In this document: in pieces, positions 61,295-64,000 of the stretch
Numbering within the stretch: position 1 is the first letter of the stretch
Layout: every line of letters begins with the position of its first letter
NCBI RefSeq assembly: GCF_018977255.1
Contig: NW_024704742.1
Span: 57,786,001-57,850,000 of the forward strand
From: Callorhinchus milii
Lineage: Eukaryota
Reading direction: 5' to 3'
DNA: 64,000 nucleotides
Notes under the pieces: generated by a model
Databases searched by the model: none
What the model was told of the DNA's origin: nothing
What the model saw: only the letters and a program-made list of their open reading frames with translations
Program-made: the position numbers and the translations under genes

Positions 61295-62900
61295 AATACA
61301 AAATACAATCCAAAATTACATTTGTAAAGCCTTTCACATTGGGAAGACATCCTACTGAACTGTCAGGGATTAGGACCCGAGCAGGGGTTGGGATCAGGGA
61401 GGGTGGAGGGCAAGGAGGGTAAGAGGGTGGCGAAGACACGGTTGAAGAGGAGGGTCTTGAGGCATACCTTCAAGAAAGCAAGGGAGGGAGCGAGGCAAAA
61501 GGAATGTGGAAAAGAAGAGGGTGGGGGCCGAGAGGCAGAAGGCCCTACCGCTGATGGTGGGGCGGGCCAGGCGGAGGACATGGAGCAGATCAGAACCTGC
61601 TGAGTGGAGAGAGTGGACGGTTAATAAGGGGTTAGCAAGTCGGAGAGGAAGGAAGGGGCAAGGACATGTAGAGCTTTGAGGGTGAGGATGAAAATTTTGA
61701 TCCTGATCCCCTGAGGAATCAGGAGTAAGTGGAGCCGGGCGAGCGTGGGTGTGATGGAGTCACGAAGCCTGGTGCAGGAGATGACACAAGCTGCAGAGTT
61801 CTGGGTGATCTGCAGCTTGTGGAGGGAAGAGTTGGGAAGGCCGACAAGCAGGGCATTGGGATAGTCAAGCTTGGTTGTAATGAAGACATATATGAGGGTT
61901 TCGGTGGCCTGAGGGGTGAGCCAGTGGCGGAGTCAGGCAATGTAGTGGAGGTGGGGGAAGGTGGAGTGGGTCATGGCACTGATGTGGGGGAGAAAAGACA
62001 GTTGGGAGTCGAACAAGATGCCCAGGTTCCTGACTGGTTTGGTGAGGTGGAGTGTGCATCCTTGAATGCTGATGATGCCAGTGTCTGAGGTGCGGAGGCG
62101 CTGGCCTGAGTCAATCAGGAGGGCTTCAGTCTTGCTGACATTCAACTGTAGAAAGTTGGATCTCATGCAGGACTTGATGTTTGACTGACAGTTTGTCAGG
62201 ACATCAGTGGTCTTGGGGTCGAGGGTGGAGGCAGAGAGATAGAGTTGGGTGTCATCCGTGTACATGTGGAAGTTGACTCCATATCTGCGGATGATGTCAC
62301 CGAGGGAGCATGTACAGGTTGAAGAGGAGAGAACCAAGGACAGAGCCCTGAGGAACACTGCACGAGACTTTACAGTGGCTAAAGGAGAAGCCATTTGTGG
62401 AGACAAAGTGGAGTTGGTGTGAGAGATAGGATCTGAATCATTCAAGGACAGAATCTTAAAGGTTAAGGTGAGAGGAGAGGTGGTGGAGGAGGATAGAGTG
62501 GTCCTCAGTGTGAAAGGCAGCAGAGAGGTCGAGGAGACAGAGGGAGCCCTAGTCACAAATGGACAGGATGTCATTTGTCACGTTGACCAGGGCTGTTTCC
62601 ATTCTGTGGGCAGGGATTCGTAGAGGGAGTGGCAGGAGAGGAAGGAGTAAAGCAACAACTTTTTCAAGGAGCTTGGTTGGAAATGGGGCAGTTGTTAATG
62701 AGACAGGGAAGATTTTTTTTAGGATGGAATGATGACAGCTGTTTTTAGGGGGGTGGGAATGGTGCCAGTTGACAGGGAGGTGTTGATGAGATCAGATAGT
62801 AGATAGGCAAGGAGATGGAGCTGGGAGGTAAGCAGAGGGTTAAGGATGGGTTCGAGGGAGCAGGTAGTGGACTTTATACGGGTTATCGTGGTGGTGAGAG
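61295..62900 (-). mobile_element. L2 3' half, degraded
   Basis: GVNFHMYTDDTQLYL, NFLQLNVSKTEALL, L2 tail. Confidence 0.85.
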
Positions 62901-63808
62901 AGAAGTGGGTAAGATTAAATAAGATTTGCAGCTATTCTAGAACATTTTTTGTGCAAATTAAGAAACCTTTAATAATAGCTAGCAGATGAAGAACCACTCT
63001 CTGTGTCAGTGGAATTGTTCCTTTCAACTCGCCCAATGCTTTTTTGTAAAATCTAGCCCTTGAAATACTTCTGTCCGCACCAATTTCAATATCCACCAAT
63101 ACTCTTCTGAAGTAGATAATTATCCAATTTAGTCTTGAAGGAGTGACTCTCTGAGGCACCAACTATTTGTTTCATACAACCAATAATTCATGGAATAAAA
63201 ATCTTCTAATCTCTGCCCTTACTCAAGACTTTTAAAATAAAGTCAAACCTATGTTTCCACTTCTGCTCCCATTAGGCAAGCTGAAATCGGTGTGGTTGTC
63301 ACAAAGGGCAATATACTTAGTCCTGGAAAACAATCCTTTATGAAAAACAGATGAATTTTGACCATTTTCCCAATTATCCAGAGCAAATTACTGCCACTCT
63401 TTTGATGTTGCATTTGTATCTATCTCTTCAGAGTGTACAAAAAATATATCATGACGTAAAACTAGCTAATTAGTTTGAGGAAATGAACCAAAATAACCTG
63501 TAAGGCTGCAAGACAGCAACACAAGTTTCAACATGAATTGCGAACTGCAATTGTAATACTTTGAAGTGGAAATTGTATATGCGATTGAACATTGATGAAA
63601 AAATGGATTCCTTATACATTGCCTTTTTGAAATGAGGCATATTGTTACATGACATATGAAACACATTTATGTAATTTCAAGCCATGATTGATTTTCAATT
63701 GAATATTGTATGTTTCATCATGTGGGCCTCATGTGGCACTAAGTTGAAAGCCTTGTGGAAGTCAATAAACCAATGTAAGTGGGTTTCCCCTTAGCCTTAA
63801 GAGCATCA

Positions 63809-64000
63809 GTCTCAATTGTTGACTCTTATTGGTACCTTGGGGTCGTGGTGGACACCAACTTTTGCCTGGACACTGTCCTGAAGGATTGCGCTGAGAAGCA
63901 GTGAAGAGCACTCTGGTCATTCTCATCCCTCTTCAAGGACAGCAAGGTCCCAATGTAGGTCAAGCTTGCGGCATACAAGACCTATGTGCAAACAATCCTC
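63809..64000 (+). mobile_element. Degraded non-LTR RT fragment of a family other than the L2/CR1 copies here
   Basis: Hand translation VSIVDSYWYLGVVVDTNF...KQ*RALWSFSSLFKDSKVPM*VKLAAYKTYVQTIL fits the YLGV..D / KL..YK..V..IL pattern of RT domain 7 and thumb. Confidence 0.55.

Overview
Eukaryotic (vertebrate) genomic DNA. The repeat content (DeuSINE/SacSINE1-like SINEs, CR1 and L2 LINEs) suggests a cartilaginous fish, which is an inference. One protein-coding gene spans most of the window on the minus strand: an OCTN-type organic cation/carnitine transporter (SLC22A4/SLC22A5 family). Nine exons (55297 down to 14332) join into an open frame with GT-AG junctions, and two or three candidate C-terminal exons follow (12793-10179). 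The rest is dominated by non-LTR retrotransposons: single-ORF L2-clade LINEs (one nearly intact full-length copy at 1-3383, two young copies, one older full-length copy, many fragments), CR1 fragments, a tRNA-Ala-headed SINE that shares the L2 3' stem-loop, older DeuSINE-like copies and a few DNA-transposon relics. Main observations: (i) L2 5' UTRs with a tandem TATA/Inr monomer and a candidate 60-72 nt intron, the latter seen in two unrelated UTRs; (ii) two separately inserted L2 copies sharing the same RT frameshift; (iii) a perfect 60-bp fold-back palindrome inside a SINE; (iv) an intact but divergent OCTN paralogue with changes at residues important for carnitine transport and an atypical, partly L2-derived 3' end. 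Repeat boundaries are approximate unless stated. No searches were run.
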